Positions 1 to 9,814 of a stretch of 64,000 bases of DNA are shown one piece after another. Positions within the stretch are counted from its first letter, which is position 1. Every line of letters starts with the position of its first letter. Origin of the DNA: an uncultured Acidobacteriota bacterium (GTDB taxonomy: Bacteria; Acidobacteriota; Thermoanaerobaculia; Gp7-AA8); assembly GCA_963741955.1 (NCBI GenBank), contig CAVUKB010000006.1, positions 32,001-96,000 of the forward strand. Direction: 5' to 3'. Below the pieces are notes generated by a model. The model had not been told where the DNA came from. It made no database searches and saw only the letters and a program-made list of their open reading frames with translations. Made by a program: the position numbers and the translations under genes.

Positions 1-296
1 GCGAGAAGCGGTTGCTTCCCGCGTCACGGGTCTACTTCCCGCGGCGCAAGTGGGCCCTGATCGCATTCGACGATGCGGCGATGGTGTTCGTCCGTCGGGA
101 TTCCGCGCCGAAGCAGTTGCTCGATCGGATCGAGTACCGGGTCCTGGTGCCCGACGCGGAAGATCTCGATCCCGGTGCAGACGATACGCGGAAGGAAGCG
201 GCGCGAGAGATCGAGCGTGCGCTGCGTGAGATCGGAGAAACGAACGTGCTGCGGAGGCTGGCGGCTGCCGTGGGCGGTGGACCGTCGCCGAAGTGA
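1..296 (+). CDS. C-terminal part of a hypothetical (probably membrane-associated) protein, truncated by the window edge
   Basis: Open frame from the window start to TGA at 294-296, with protein-like sequence (WALIAFDDAAMVFVRR). Confidence 0.55.
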   Translation, partial: EKRLLPASRVYFPRRKWALIAFDDAAMVFVRRDSAPKQLLDRIEYRVLVPDAEDLDPGADDTRKEAAREIERALREIGETNVLRRLAAAVGGGPSPK

Positions 297-362
297 CGAG
301 GGTCGAGTGGGAACGCCGGTGAGAGTCACGGAAGCTGGTGCATCCCGACTCGATCGATGCGT

Positions 363-665
363 TCAGTTCACCATCTGATCGGTGGGCGCTTCGTAGAGCG
401 ATTCCTCTTCGGGCCAGCGCTCCCCGATCATCCGTTCGAAGCGCGGACGGATTCGCCGGTCGAAGTCGTCGAGGTAGTGTGGGAAGAGATCGAGGATGGA
501 CTTACGCGCGCAGTCGACGAGGCATCTCGCCTGTCTGTGGGTGAGGGAATCGTCCGTCCGGAGAAGGTTCTGTGTCAGCTCGATGATCATCCTGAGCCGA
601 CGAATCCTTTTCCTCCGTTCGAAGAATCCCGGCATGTCGAAGCCCTTCTTCTCTTCGTGGATCAT
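363..665 (-). CDS. Small hypothetical protein of a type seen in Acidobacteria
   Basis: 100-aa ORF with RIRRLRMIIEL...ILDLFP...IRPRFERMI pattern recalled from small Acidobacteria proteins. Confidence 0.65.
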   Translation of the reverse strand: MIHEEKKGFDMPGFFERRKRIRRLRMIIELTQNLLRTDDSLTHRQARCLVDCARKSILDLFPHYLDDFDRRIRPRFERMIGERWPEEESLYEAPTDQMVN

Positions 666-883
666 TCGTCGTCCGAGAACCCGCGAGGTACACGGGCAAT
701 TCCGGCGAGATGTTACATTTCACCGGTCCTGCCAACGGACGAGCGAGCCGTTCCGTGTGCGCGAATGTGAAGGAAAATATTCCTTGAAAACGATGCGTGA
801 GAGACGCGCAACGGAGGAGTGTCGAAGAGGTGGAGATGGATTGAAGGGGCGCCGCACAGCGGGTACTGCGCAGGAGTGGAAGT

Positions 884-1516
884 TCAGGCGTGCTCTCGAT
901 CGCCTTCGGCCCAGATCTCGTCGGCCAGAACGGGATCGATCAGCGACTCGTAGTAGCGGATCGTCGCTCGTCCGACGGCGCGCACCATCGCATAGTTGAG
1001 CGCACCGCCCGAGATCACGCCGATCAGCGGAACGAGCGACGCGAGCCGCTCGTGCACCAGTCTCGTTCCGATCTTCTCCGCGATCATGCCTCCTTCGACC
1101 GTCGCGGATTCGAGCATGACCGCCAGACCATGCTTACTCAGTCCCACACCGGATCCGTACGCGACGCACGCGAGCGCTTCCTGGAACCGCTCCTTCTGCG
1201 AGGGCTCGCGTCCGTAGACCGTCGCCACACCGAGGATCATGCGGAACTGCTGGTAGATGAGATAGGCGAGATCGGCGCCGAGCGCGGCGACCGCACTCAC
1301 TCCGACAGGCACGCCACTGATTGCACCGGTCGCCGCACATCGCATTGCGGTGCGGCGAAGAAGAACGCGCGCATGATCGCGAGGCTCGAAGTCGGGGCGC
1401 GAATCCCGCAGCAGATCGACTTCTCTGCGCAGCTTCTCCGTGTCGATCTCCTCGAAAAGAGATCGAAACAGCTCGATCAGTGCTCCATCTGCCTTCTTCT
1501 TGAGCGCCTTCACCAT
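884..1516 (-). CDS. EcsC-family protein
   Basis: 210 aa; AATGAISG..P, ADLAYL..QFRMI...A.VYG and C-terminal VPLIG..SGGALNY match the EcsC pattern; GAGG RBS upstream. Confidence 0.75.
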   Translation of the reverse strand: MVKALKKKADGALIELFRSLFEEIDTEKLRREVDLLRDSRPDFEPRDHARVLLRRTAMRCAATGAISGVPVGVSAVAALGADLAYLIYQQFRMILGVATVYGREPSQKERFQEALACVAYGSGVGLSKHGLAVMLESATVEGGMIAEKIGTRLVHERLASLVPLIGVISGGALNYAMVRAVGRATIRYYESLIDPVLADEIWAEGDREHA

Positions 1517-1582
1517 TGTGTCGCGTTTCCGACCTCTTCAATGTACGCGTCCCGGAGGACGGACGTCCACTGAAAGAAAACG

Positions 1583-1921
1583 TCAGGATGTGCTCCCCGT
1601 TCCGGAGGAGGATTTGGATGAAGTTCCGGATGAGCTTCCGGACGAAGGTTCGGACGAAGATCCGGACGAGGAGCTCGACGAGTCGCTCGTCGTCGTCGCC
1701 GATGTCGATTTCGACTTCGACTCCGATCCCCCCGCGCTCCCTCCCTTCGCGTAATCGTTGATGTAAAACCCTGCCCCTTTGAACTTGATGGCCGGCGCCG
1801 AGATGAGCTTCTTCAACGCCCCTCCGCAGTGCGGGCAGATCGTGTAGGGAGGATCCGAAAACCTCTGGATCGCCTCCACGACCTTGCCGCATCCCTCACA
1901 CCTGTATTCGTACAACGGCAT
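1583..1921 (-). CDS. FmdB-family zinc-ribbon protein
   Basis: MPLYEYRCEGCG...CPHCGG...FKGAGFY signature followed by a Ser-rich tail. Confidence 0.92.
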   Translation of the reverse strand: MPLYEYRCEGCGKVVEAIQRFSDPPYTICPHCGGALKKLISAPAIKFKGAGFYINDYAKGGSAGGSESKSKSTSATTTSDSSSSSSGSSSEPSSGSSSGTSSKSSSGTGSTS

Positions 1922-2038
1922 GGCCGCATACCTCCCGGCGTCTGGAACACCGCAGAGGTGGCAACGGATTCCTTCCGGAACGGGGGCGCGTTGGTGCGCT
2001 CTCGAGGCAGCCCTGTTCCTGCCGCGCAGCCGACCCGG

Positions 2039-2653
2039 TCACTCCTCGGAGCCGGCGGCGAGCTTCAGCGGGCCTTCGTATTCCGCAGCGAAGAGATGCC
2101 CGTCGCGGAAGAAGACCGCGGCCACTTTTCCGTCCGTCCGCCCGTAGTACCACGACTCGATGGTTCCGCCGTTCTTCTCGACCGTCCGCTTCCAACCCGG
2201 GAGAGGCTTTCCGATCTCCGCCGCCACCTCTTCAGTGGTCATGCCAGTCCGGAGATCGAGGAGCTGCCCGCGCGAGACGTGGACGTGGCGCAACGCTTCG
2301 TCGAGCTCGCGCTGCACGTCGTCGCGCGCAGGGTGCCGCGCGAGGAAGCTGCGGTAGAACGGGGCTGCCTCACGATAGCGGCCCTCCGCGGCGAGAGAGC
2401 GGGCGCGCTTGAGTTGCAGCTCCTCCCAGGCATGACGGGCCCGCATGTGCTCCGGATGAAGCTGGAGGAAGCCGGCGACGGCGTCCGCGTAGGCCTGCTT
2501 CGTCTCCGTGGTCGGATTCGCGGTCATCTGCGCCTTGACGCCGAGCACCGACTGCCATTCCTGCTGTTCCTTCCGGCTGCCGGGGTCGGTACATCCGGAA
2601 AAGAGAACGACGAAGAGGAGGAGAACGAGCGGTGTGGAAAGGCGGCGGCCCAT
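2039..2653 (-). CDS. Lipoprotein with TPR-like helices and a C-terminal SmpA/BamE-like domain
   Basis: Signal peptide ending in lipobox FSGC; TPR-like AEGRYREAAPFY; LRTGMTTEEV...IGKP...WYY motif. Start placed at ATG 2653. Confidence 0.7.
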   Translation of the reverse strand: MGRRLSTPLVLLLFVVLFSGCTDPGSRKEQQEWQSVLGVKAQMTANPTTETKQAYADAVAGFLQLHPEHMRARHAWEELQLKRARSLAAEGRYREAAPFYRSFLARHPARDDVQRELDEALRHVHVSRGQLLDLRTGMTTEEVAAEIGKPLPGWKRTVEKNGGTIESWYYGRTDGKVAAVFFRDGHLFAAEYEGPLKLAAGSEE

Positions 2654-2758
2654 CCGCGGCAAAGTAACACAACCCGAAGAGATCCGGGCGGGCGAGGCCG
2701 ACGGCGTTTCGCGATCCAGTGAGGAGCCGTCTCGCTGTGCTGACGCCGCGGCATTATC

Positions 2759-2788
2759 TTGACACTGCCAGCGGGGGGACCACATAAT
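2759..2788 (+). promoter_or_regulatory. Sigma70-type promoter
   Basis: TTGACA-18 nt-CATAAT about 50 nt upstream of ATG 2838, which has a GGAGG RBS. Confidence 0.65.
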
Positions 2789-2837
2789 CGCCCTCTGGCG
2801 ATCCGCATTCGTTTAACCCGAACATTGGGAGGGATTT

Positions 2838-4219
2838 ATGGCCGTGCGGGGTGAAGAGGTCGCACAGAAGTTCGAAGCCTTCGTGCGGGAGTCCGTCGAC
2901 CGCATGGTCGCCGACATCCGCTCCACAATCCAGGACGTACGCGAGGCCGTCGACCAGCAACTCGACGCGGCGCTTCAGAGCGTCCAGGCGGACGCCAGCG
3001 CGCCATCGCTCCACTCCGAGATCGAGAAGCTCCTTTCCGACATCGATCTTGCCGCGCCTGCCGTTGCGGCTGAACCCGCTGCTCCATCCGGTTCCGAAGT
3101 CAAGACAGCCGTCCAGAACATCGAGCGCGGGAAGACTCAGGTCGACGTTCTGAACGGGCTCCTCGAGCAGGTCCTTCGCTTCGGCTCGCGCGCCGCGCTG
3201 CTGATCCTCAAAGGAAACGGCTTCAGCGGATGGAAGGGAGCGGGCTTCACTGCGAACGGCGGCAGCGATGAACAGATCAAACGCTTCAACACCGACGCAG
3301 GCGCGATCCCCCAGCTCCAGCAACTTCTGGCCGCCGAAAAGAGCGTGAAGTGGGACGGCGCCAATCTTACGCAGGCGCTCAATGCTTCGAGACCGGAGCG
3401 CGCGATCCTCGTGCCGATGGTCATCAAAGACAAGATCGCCGCGGCGTTGTACGTCGACGTGATGGCCGGCTCCGACCGCAACTTCGACGTCGACTCGATC
3501 GAGCTCCTGGTCTTCACCACCGGCCTCCTGGTCGACACTCTCGGCATCCGCAAGAAGACGCCGTCGCCCAGCCTTTCCGAAGCGTCCGGCTCCACGGCTG
3601 CAGCGACTCCGACAACAGCATCTCCCCAACCGCCGGCAGCATCTCCCCAATCGGAACCGACGGTCACACTCCCCCCCCGCGGCCCGCACCTCCCCCTCCG
3701 CCAACCACCGCGCAGGTACGTCCGCCGGAAGACCTCGAAGGATCAGGGAAGCGCGTCGCACCTCCGCAGGTACGCCCTTCCACTCAGGTCCAGCCACCCG
3801 CTCCTGCTGCGCCGCGTCCTGAGGCGCCCGCTCCCCAAGCGCCGTCGCCGGCGCAGGCGCAGTCTGCTCCGGCCGCGCACGAGCCGGGCGACCGTTCGTC
3901 GACGCAATACATCCCGCCCCCGGGACTCAGCCGCGGCGGGGCATTCGCGCAGCCTCCGTCGGAAGACGCCAAACGGCACGACGAAGCACGGCGGTTCGCG
4001 CGTCTCCTCGTCTCGGAGATCAAGCTGTACAACGAGGCGAAGGTCGACCAGGGACGGAAGAACAGAGATCTCTACGAACGGCTGAAGGAAGACATCGACC
4101 GGAGCCGGCAGATGTACGACGAGCGGATTCCGGAGGACGTCCGAAAGAGCTCCAACTACTTCTACGACGAGCTGGTCCGGATTCTCGCGGACGGACAGAC
4201 CGATTCGCTCGGGCTCTGA
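2838..4219 (+). CDS. GAF-like domain protein with Pro-rich linker and conserved helical C-terminal domain; frameshifted at the C8 run 3671-3678
   Basis: ORF 2838-4085 holds the GAF-like part (ILVPMVIKDKIAAALYVD); ORF 3350-4219 holds ARRFARLLVSEIKLYN...YFYDELVRILADG. One extra C joins them into 460 aa. Confidence 0.75.
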
Positions 4220-4460
4220 GACGAGCTGCCCACATCCATTCTTGCCATCGCGAGAAGGTGGTGCAGCACGGACACATTCGTTCAGTCGGAGTCGCGATGG
4301 AAGCGGCTGGGAGTCTGCGTTTCTCACGCCATCTCTGCCGGCAAAAGGCCCGGGAGTCGCCAAAAGGGAGATGGTGCGTTCCTGCGATCGTGGCTGATCC
4401 GCGTCAGGCGTCCGAAGTGAGGTACGCAGCGGGCGAGGAATCTGCACCTGGATTCCTCCG

Positions 4461-6821
4461 ATGAGGCCGAAGCGTTCCGTGACGAATCGATCCGGCGCCA
4501 CGATGACGATCCTCGGCGCGACGCTGGTGCTTCTGCTCGGCGGCCTGCTGATCCTCTTCCTGCGCGATCCCTCCTTCCATCCGGCGGAGAGTGGAACCGT
4601 GATCGCAGCCCACGCCCCCTCCGAGCTCGCCCCATTCAGAGAGCCGTTCCTGCGAGGGATCGACGCGATCCAGCATTTCGACCCGGCAGTGGCGATCGGT
4701 GCATTCGAATCGTTCTCTTTCGGCGACCGCGCGGTCGAGGAATATCGCCTCTATTACCTCGCGAATGCCTACCAGCTTCACGGCGATCGCGATCGTGCTC
4801 GGCTGACCCTCGCCACGCTCTGGTCGAGAAAACCGCGGCTGGGCTACCGCACGGATGCGGCGTTCAACCTCGCACAGCTCTATGAGGATTCGGGGAACTG
4901 GTCGAACGCCGCGAGGGTTCTGGGGACGGAAGGAGATCGCGCGACGCAACCGGATGTGATCGCCACCGCTCGCGCGGCGCAGATCCGTGCCGCCACCTAC
5001 GGCGGCGATCCGGGGGCGGTCCTCTACGCGGTTCGCAACCTGATCGTCGAAAGCCCGAAGAGCGCCGAAGCGAGAGCCGCTTTCGCGACGTACCGAGCCA
5101 TGCTCTCCATCCCCGACGATACCCCGGTTCCGCTCACCCTTCGCGAAAGAGTCGTCCGCTGCGAGCATCTGCTGCGCGACGGGGACCCGGCGGCCGCGCT
5201 CGCGGAGCTCGATGCCATCGCGCCGCTCGCGGCAGAAACCTCGACACGCTATCGCGTCACGCTCGATCGCGGTATCGCGCTCCAGCGCCTCGCCAGATTC
5301 GAAGAATCGGATCGCGTTCTCCAGCCGCTGTTCGCGACGTATTACCGGTATGCAGTTCCGGCGCTCCAGAACTCGGCGAGGAACCTCCGCGCCCTTGCAG
5401 ATTCGATTCACGCGGAGACGAGTCGAACCATCAAAGTGCGACAACGCGCCGGAACGAAAACCGTCCGCCGAAAGGGAAAAATGGTCCGGATCGCGACGTA
5501 CCGCACCGTGACCCGTACGGTGACGGTGAAGGATCCGAAGCTCGAGGCGAAACGCGAGACGTACGAACGGATGTACGCGGAACGGCTCAAGGACCTCCTC
5601 CAGACTCACGCCAGCCCGGAAGTCCGGCTCGACACGCTCCGGAGACTCCTCATCGTCGCGACGGAGAAGAAGCAGGAGTCGTACATGATGGAGCTCGTTG
5701 CGCAGATCGTCGCGCTCGACCGCCTTGCGGATCCGGGACTGCAGCATTTCTGGGACGAGGCGTGGGACGCCTACGAAAAGCGCGACTTCGAACGGTCACG
5801 CGATCTGCTCGACTTCATCCGCACCACGTACAAGAGCGAGAACATTCGCCGGCAGGCCTCCTACTGGTATGCCCGCTCGCTCGAGCATCTGGGCAGGAAG
5901 GAAGAAGCGTCCGCGATCTTCACCAAGATCGCCGATGCGCCGTACGAAGATCTCTACGCCCGCTTCGCCGAGCAGCGGGGGGCGAAGCGGCGGGCGCCTT
6001 CGGACAACCCTCTCGACCGCGGCGGCGCGAGCTGGCCGTCGATGGTCAGCCCGCACATTCCACCGGAGCTCCGTCTCGCATTCGATCTGGACATGCTGGG
6101 CGACGGCCGCGATTCGCGGTTGGAGATCCAGAAGAACGTCTCACCCTCGAATCGGCGATGGGGGGAAATGATTCTCGCCGATCTGTACTACACCGAAGGG
6201 CAGACGGAGCTCGGCAACCGATACGTCCGTCGCGCCTATCCGGAGATCGCGACCGTCGAACAGGACTCCGTCCCGCCCCGTTTCCTCGGCCTCTACTATC
6301 CGCTCCGCTACGAGGAGACGATCCGGGAAACGGCGGCGAAGCGGGGGCTCGATCCATATCTCGTCATGGCCATCGTGCGGCAGGAAAGCACGTTCAACCG
6401 TCAGGCTCGGTCGCCCGTCGGCGCGACCGGCCTGATGCAGCTGATGCCCGCCACCGCGCGCGAGCTCGGCGGCCGGCTCACCATCGCGCTCGCCCCTGGC
6501 GGACTCGAAAATCCAGCCATCAATCTCGAGCTGGGAACGTACTACCTGCGCAAGCTCGTCGATCTTCTGTACGGGAAGATCGAGCTGGCCGTGGCCGGCT
6601 ACAACGGCGGACCTTACCGCATCAAGCGATTGCGCGAAGAGCAGAAGTCGAAACCGCTGGATGAGTTCATCGAGGGAATCCCGCTCTCGGAAACGAGGAA
6701 CTACGTCAAGCGGGTGATTCTGCTTCGCTCGAGCTACGAGAGGTTCTACGGCTCGCCGGCTCGGGAACGCTCCCCGAGGGCGGATCTCTCCTCCATAAAT
6801 CCGACTTTGCATTCGGAGTAA
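4461..6821 (+). CDS. Slt70-like lytic transglycosylase with TPR repeats
   Basis: N-terminal TM, TPR helices and SLT motifs AIVRQES, GATGLMQLMP, AGYNGGP, ETRNYVKRV. Confidence 0.92.
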   Translation: MRPKRSVTNRSGATMTILGATLVLLLGGLLILFLRDPSFHPAESGTVIAAHAPSELAPFREPFLRGIDAIQHFDPAVAIGAFESFSFGDRAVEEYRLYYLANAYQLHGDRDRARLTLATLWSRKPRLGYRTDAAFNLAQLYEDSGNWSNAARVLGTEGDRATQPDVIATARAAQIRAATYGGDPGAVLYAVRNLIVESPKSAEARAAFATYRAMLSIPDDTPVPLTLRERVVRCEHLLRDGDPAAALAELDAIAPLAAETSTRYRVTLDRGIALQRLARFEESDRVLQPLFATYYRYAVPALQNSARNLRALADSIHAETSRTIKVRQRAGTKTVRRKGKMVRIATYRTVTRTVTVKDPKLEAKRETYERMYAERLKDLLQTHASPEVRLDTLRRLLIVATEKKQESYMMELVAQIVALDRLADPGLQHFWDEAWDAYEKRDFERSRDLLDFIRTTYKSENIRRQASYWYARSLEHLGRKEEASAIFTKIADAPYEDLYARFAEQRGAKRRAPSDNPLDRGGASWPSMVSPHIPPELRLAFDLDMLGDGRDSRLEIQKNVSPSNRRWGEMILADLYYTEGQTELGNRYVRRAYPEIATVEQDSVPPRFLGLYYPLRYEETIRETAAKRGLDPYLVMAIVRQESTFNRQARSPVGATGLMQLMPATARELGGRLTIALAPGGLENPAINLELGTYYLRKLVDLLYGKIELAVAGYNGGPYRIKRLREEQKSKPLDEFIEGIPLSETRNYVKRVILLRSSYERFYGSPARERSPRADLSSINPTLHSE

Positions 6822-6951
6822 TGAACGCGGGCCCCTCAATCCGTTCAAGAAACCGTCCGCGGAATCCAATGAATTGGAATTCGGCCCGAAACGTTGATTT
6901 CGCTTTTTCGCAAGCGCATTGGAAATGAACGACTTACACTTCCGAAAGCGA

Positions 6952-6967
6952 CGGCACTTCCGTTGCT
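6952..6967 (+). promoter_or_regulatory. Sigma54 (-24/-12) promoter of the two-component operon
   Basis: CGGCAC-TTCCG-TTGCT (GG-N10-GC), with an AT-rich IHF-like AAATGAACGACTTA just upstream. Confidence 0.6.
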
Positions 6968-7048
6968 GGCGATCAGCAGGGATCAGACGCGAATTTTGCC
7001 GCTCGATCGAGCAGGCAGATCCGCGAACGATCCGCTCCGGGCCAATCG

Positions 7049-9814
7049 ATGCGCAAGTCGCACCTCGTGAATGTGATTCTCACGGTGATCACGCTGATCG
7101 CGATCGCCGGCGCGTTCACTTCATTCCAACGTAAGAGGTCGTCCTTCGAGCGGCTCGACTTCCGCTTCCACTGGGTCGAGGGAAAAGGGATCATCATCGT
7201 CGACGCAGTCGATCCCGGGAGTGGGGCGTCGGCATCGGGGCTTCGTCCCGGCGACCGGATCTGGGTAGTGGGACAGACTCCCGCGAGCGAGCTTCCCGGG
7301 CTGAAGCGGACACTTCGCGAGTCCGGCCCGGTGCGGCTCATCGTCGGACGAGGGGATCAGACACTCTCGCTCCGCTACACGGCTCCCGACCTCAAAGTCG
7401 ATTACCGCTATCTCTTCCTCACGTTCATAGGATTTCTGTATCTGGCCATCGGCCTCTTCACTCTCTTTCGAGGGACCCGTGCCGAGAGTCTTCTCTTTTA
7501 CGTTCTGACTCTCCTCGCATTCATCGTCTACGTCTACACTCCGGCGGGAGATCTCGACACGACGTACAAGCTGCTGTCGATGATCGAGGAGTACGCACGG
7601 ATTTTTCTCCCTCCGCTGACGCTGCACTTCTTCCTCCGCTTCCCCCGACCGCTGCTCGAGAAGCGGTGGATCATCGCCGCGCTCTACGTTCCTCCGATCC
7701 TCGTCACGATCTGGGTGACCAATCTCCTGGTGCTCGGCAACGTCTTTCCGGTGGGTTCGCCGGTGACCGCGTTCCACATCATCGACCGTTGGGAGATGTC
7801 GCAGTTCGCCGTGTACTTCACCCTCGCGCTGATCGCGCTGACCTACACGTATCGAACCGCGCCGGTGGTCGGACAGAAAAAGCAGATCAAATGGATCTAT
7901 CTCGGGATGGCATTCGGCTTCATCCCGTTCCTTCTCCTTTATCTCGTGCCGTACATCCGCAGCGGAGCCAATCCCGAGTACACCAGCCTCGCGGTCCTTC
8001 CGCTCGCGTTCATTCCGCTGGCATTCGCCGTCTCGATACTCAAGTACAAGCTGTGGGACGTCGAGGTGATCATCAAGGAGATCCTCGCGTACACGGTCAC
8101 GTTCATCTTCGGGATGGTCGCGTTCTCCACCGTGAACGTGATCCTCACTCATCTGATCGAAGAAGGGATGGCGCTGGAGCGGAACTTCCTCGCCTTCGCT
8201 TCCGGACTTCTGATCGCAGGAGTTCTGGTCCCGCTGAAGGGTCGGATCGAGACTCTGGTCGAGATGGTGCTGTACCGAGACACGTACCGCCACCGGCGGG
8301 CGATCGTCGAGTTCGGCCAGGAGCTGGCGACGTTCCGCGACCTTCATGAGCTCCTGGAAATCATCCGCGAGCGCCTCGCAGCAGCGGTGGGGATCGACCG
8401 GATGAACCTCTACGTCCGGGACGACGACTCCTTCATCCTCTACTCCGACGACCCGCGGATCCCTTTCCGGGTGGAGCAGAGCGATTTCGCGGCGCTTCCG
8501 ATCGACCGGCCGCTGATCCTCGACGAGCCACGGCTTCCCGATGCGAGCGAGATTCCGCTGCAACTCCTCCGCGCGGGCTACCGGTACGTATTTCCGCTGC
8601 GGCACCGGAGCGAGTTGAAGGGAATGCTGATCTCGGGTGCGAAGCGCGGTGAGGACCGCCTCTCGACCGACGACCTGCAGCTGGTCGGATCACTCACCGC
8701 TCCGGTCGCCCTCGCGATCGAGAACTCGCGACTTTACGGACGCCTGAGGCGGCAACTCGACGAGATCCGATCGCTCAAGGAGTACAACGAGAACATCATC
8801 GAGTCGTCCGCCTCGGCGATCGTGGTGGTCACCGCCGACGGAACGGTGATGACCGCGAACCGCGCGTTCTGGACTCTGATCGGCGTTGCTTCCGGTTACG
8901 AAGGGACGATCGACAGGCTCTTCCCTCCTTACCGCGACGCCGTCGCTGCCCCGAACACCACCATCGAAATGCGATTCACCAATCTGCAAGGTGAAGAGAA
9001 AGCGCTCAGCGTCACCGCGGCGGAGTTCAACGCCCAGTACGCGCCGCGCGGCACGATGGTGCTGGTGATCGTCGACATCTCGGAGCGGGCACGTCTCGAG
9101 CGTGAGCTGCAGCAGAAGGAGCGGCTGGCCTCTCTCGGCCTCTTCGCCGCAGGAATCGCGCACGAGGTGAACACACCTCTGACCGGAATCTCTTCCTACG
9201 CGCAGCTGCTTCTGTCGGACGTCGCACCCGACGATCCGAAGTACACCATCCTGAAGAAGATGGAGCAGCAGACTTTCCGCGCTTCCCATCTCGTGAACAA
9301 CCTGCTCGATTTCGCGTCCAACCGGCAGCGTCGAACCGAACAGATCGATCTGGAGGATCTGATCCGCTCGACAGTGGTCCTCCACGAGGACCTGCTGCGG
9401 GCCAGGGAAGTCCGGCTCCACCTCGGCGAGCTGCAAAGTGCGACCGTGGAGGGAGATTTTCTCCAGATTCAGCAGGTCGTAACCAATCTGTTGCTCAATG
9501 CGAAAGATGCCGTCGCTCGAGAGGGTAATATCTGGATCGACCTCACAGTCGATGGAACGAGCGCGCAGCTTTCGGTTCGTGACGACGGTCCGGGCATTCC
9601 GCCCGAGATCCAGTCGTTCATCTTCGAGCCTCTCGCGACGACCAAGTCGGCGCAGGGCGGTACCGGACTCGGTCTCGCCATCTCGCGCCGGATCGTTCGC
9701 TCCATCGGAGGTGAGATCGCGGTGAAGAGTGCTCCGGGGGCGGGTGCAACATTTCTCGTCACTCTTCCGTTATCTACCCCGAGTGTGAGCCCGACGCGAG
9801 AGAGCGCCAGATGA
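7049..9814 (+). CDS. Membrane sensor histidine kinase (PDZ, multi-TM, GAF, PAS, HisKA, HATPase)
   Basis: PDZ-like SGASASGLRPGDRI; many TM segments; H-box AGIAHEVNTPL, N-box NLLLNAKDA, DDGPGI, GTGLGL. Confidence 0.93.
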   Translation: MRKSHLVNVILTVITLIAIAGAFTSFQRKRSSFERLDFRFHWVEGKGIIIVDAVDPGSGASASGLRPGDRIWVVGQTPASELPGLKRTLRESGPVRLIVGRGDQTLSLRYTAPDLKVDYRYLFLTFIGFLYLAIGLFTLFRGTRAESLLFYVLTLLAFIVYVYTPAGDLDTTYKLLSMIEEYARIFLPPLTLHFFLRFPRPLLEKRWIIAALYVPPILVTIWVTNLLVLGNVFPVGSPVTAFHIIDRWEMSQFAVYFTLALIALTYTYRTAPVVGQKKQIKWIYLGMAFGFIPFLLLYLVPYIRSGANPEYTSLAVLPLAFIPLAFAVSILKYKLWDVEVIIKEILAYTVTFIFGMVAFSTVNVILTHLIEEGMALERNFLAFASGLLIAGVLVPLKGRIETLVEMVLYRDTYRHRRAIVEFGQELATFRDLHELLEIIRERLAAAVGIDRMNLYVRDDDSFILYSDDPRIPFRVEQSDFAALPIDRPLILDEPRLPDASEIPLQLLRAGYRYVFPLRHRSELKGMLISGAKRGEDRLSTDDLQLVGSLTAPVALAIENSRLYGRLRRQLDEIRSLKEYNENIIESSASAIVVVTADGTVMTANRAFWTLIGVASGYEGTIDRLFPPYRDAVAAPNTTIEMRFTNLQGEEKALSVTAAEFNAQYAPRGTMVLVIVDISERARLERELQQKERLASLGLFAAGIAHEVNTPLTGISSYAQLLLSDVAPDDPKYTILKKMEQQTFRASHLVNNLLDFASNRQRRTEQIDLEDLIRSTVVLHEDLLRAREVRLHLGELQSATVEGDFLQIQQVVTNLLLNAKDAVAREGNIWIDLTVDGTSAQLSVRDDGPGIPPEIQSFIFEPLATTKSAQGGTGLGLAISRRIVRSIGGEIAVKSAPGAGATFLVTLPLSTPSVSPTRESAR

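Noticed and set aside
3615-3650. Direct repeat CAGCATCTCCCCAA x2
   Set aside because: It is an in-frame duplication within a Pro/Ala-rich linker (ASPQ) with no separate significance.
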